From Botryllus schlosseri (taxonomy: Eukaryota), in the NCBI GenBank assembly GCA_051294905.1, contig CM119375.1:13392001-13456000 (forward strand): a stretch of DNA of 64,000 nt, written 5' to 3'. Numbering within the stretch: position 1 is the first letter of the stretch; each line of letters opens with the position of its first letter. Below, in pieces: positions 63,021-64,000 of this stretch. The notes below the pieces were generated by a model. The model did not search any database. It was not told the origin of the DNA and saw only the letters and a program-made list of their open reading frames with translations. Made by a program: the position numbers and the translations under genes.

Positions 63021-64000
63021 AGAATTTCAAAATCGAAAGTACAATTCTAAAACTGAAAAAACAGAAGGACATGTTAGGTCGGTTATAAACACTGCACATC
63101 AAATTCGTTTCAATTCCAGCTTGTAGAAGCGAAGTTATTACAACACAAGAATTTTCAATATACTAAAAAGCATACACATTTTTTTATAGTGGCTGCCCGT
63201 CCCTATAAAGTTCTGTAAGAAATTGGTCCTTTAGGCTGCAGAGAGAAGATTGTACCACCACGACTTGGTAGAATTCGTGCTCTTCTACTAATATAGGGTT
63301 GAATTCAACTCAAGTTAAATCAAGAAGTCTACAACAGTGAAAGTGGCACGAATATAGCATACGAACTATAGGCAAACTTTTCCTATGGATCAGCAAACGT
63401 AGTATAGTATCTCAACTCGACCTAAATCCATGTCTCCGAGAAAGAGAAACACATGTCGTAGCCCAGATGGATTGTTAACATTATACAAACAGGCTGTTGC
63501 ACTTGCGCCACTTGTACTCGGCACCTTGACAGCAGATAAAGTGACCTGGACCTAATGTTTCGATATGCACCTATATACGCGAACATCAATTCCATATTTC
63601 TGCAATTCTAACATCAAATTATTCCTTAGGTCCTCGTGTAAACAGCACTTGATAAGATCTACGGTAATGTGCTGTTTACAAATTTACATTGATTGCTCTG
63701 GTTGAAGAAATTCGAAAGTGCCATACGGGCATCCCTAAAAGACGGAACAGCGGAAACAACGGTGCTAACCAGCATGAAAAATTGAAAATGTGCCACAATT
63801 CAGTAATTTGGCTTCTAAATGCGTCAATTGGCAACACTGGCAATAATTCGTCTCTCCGCCGCCCCTCACTTCTGGTTACGAAACCAGCGTGCCCGAGTCC
63901 GGATTTTGGAATGCTCAAAATCCAAGTCCAACCTTTTTTTTAAAATCACAATCCGGTCCGATAACAACGAAAATAACCCATAATCTCGATCCTGTCCAAT

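Noticed and set aside
63676-63943. ORFs near the right edge as the start of another gene
   Set aside because: No recognisable motif. They lie between repeat-like subterminal arrays and are probably the interior of a mobile element.

Overview
Eukaryotic (animal) genomic DNA, AT-rich, with canonical GT-AG introns, several only 58-72 bp long. It is most likely an invertebrate chordate such as an ascidian; that assignment is inference. Four spliced protein-coding genes were rebuilt by hand with consistent exon phases: (1) TKFC/dihydroxyacetone kinase on the minus strand (12 coding exons, 7277 down to 375, 3' end outside the window); (2) a complete FHOD1/3-type formin on the plus strand (25 core coding exons, 10742-45206, 1347 aa), head-to-head with TKFC; (3) a compact, divergent TP53INP/DOR-family gene on the minus strand (3 coding exons, 48079-47491, 152 aa), which the ORF track splits into fragments; (4) a complete cyclin E on the plus strand (8 coding exons, 53233-60023, 436 aa), head-to-head with TP53INP. 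Introns and intergenic DNA carry many non-autonomous hAT-type elements with 8-bp target-site duplications, a foldback repeat family and a tRNA-derived SINE. Main points of interest: the TP53INP-cyclin E neighbourhood matches human TP53INP1-CCNE2; the TP53INP homolog lacks the central DOR motifs; FHOD has a 51-nt acidic cassette exon at the position of the vertebrate muscle-specific FHOD3 exon and a candidate alternative last exon that rewrites the DAD tail; cyclin E has a candidate internal promoter giving a short isoform and two miR-15/16 8mer sites in its 3'UTR; and a composite hAT element appears to have carried about 1.1 kb of passenger DNA. No database searches were run; homology calls rest on recognised motifs.
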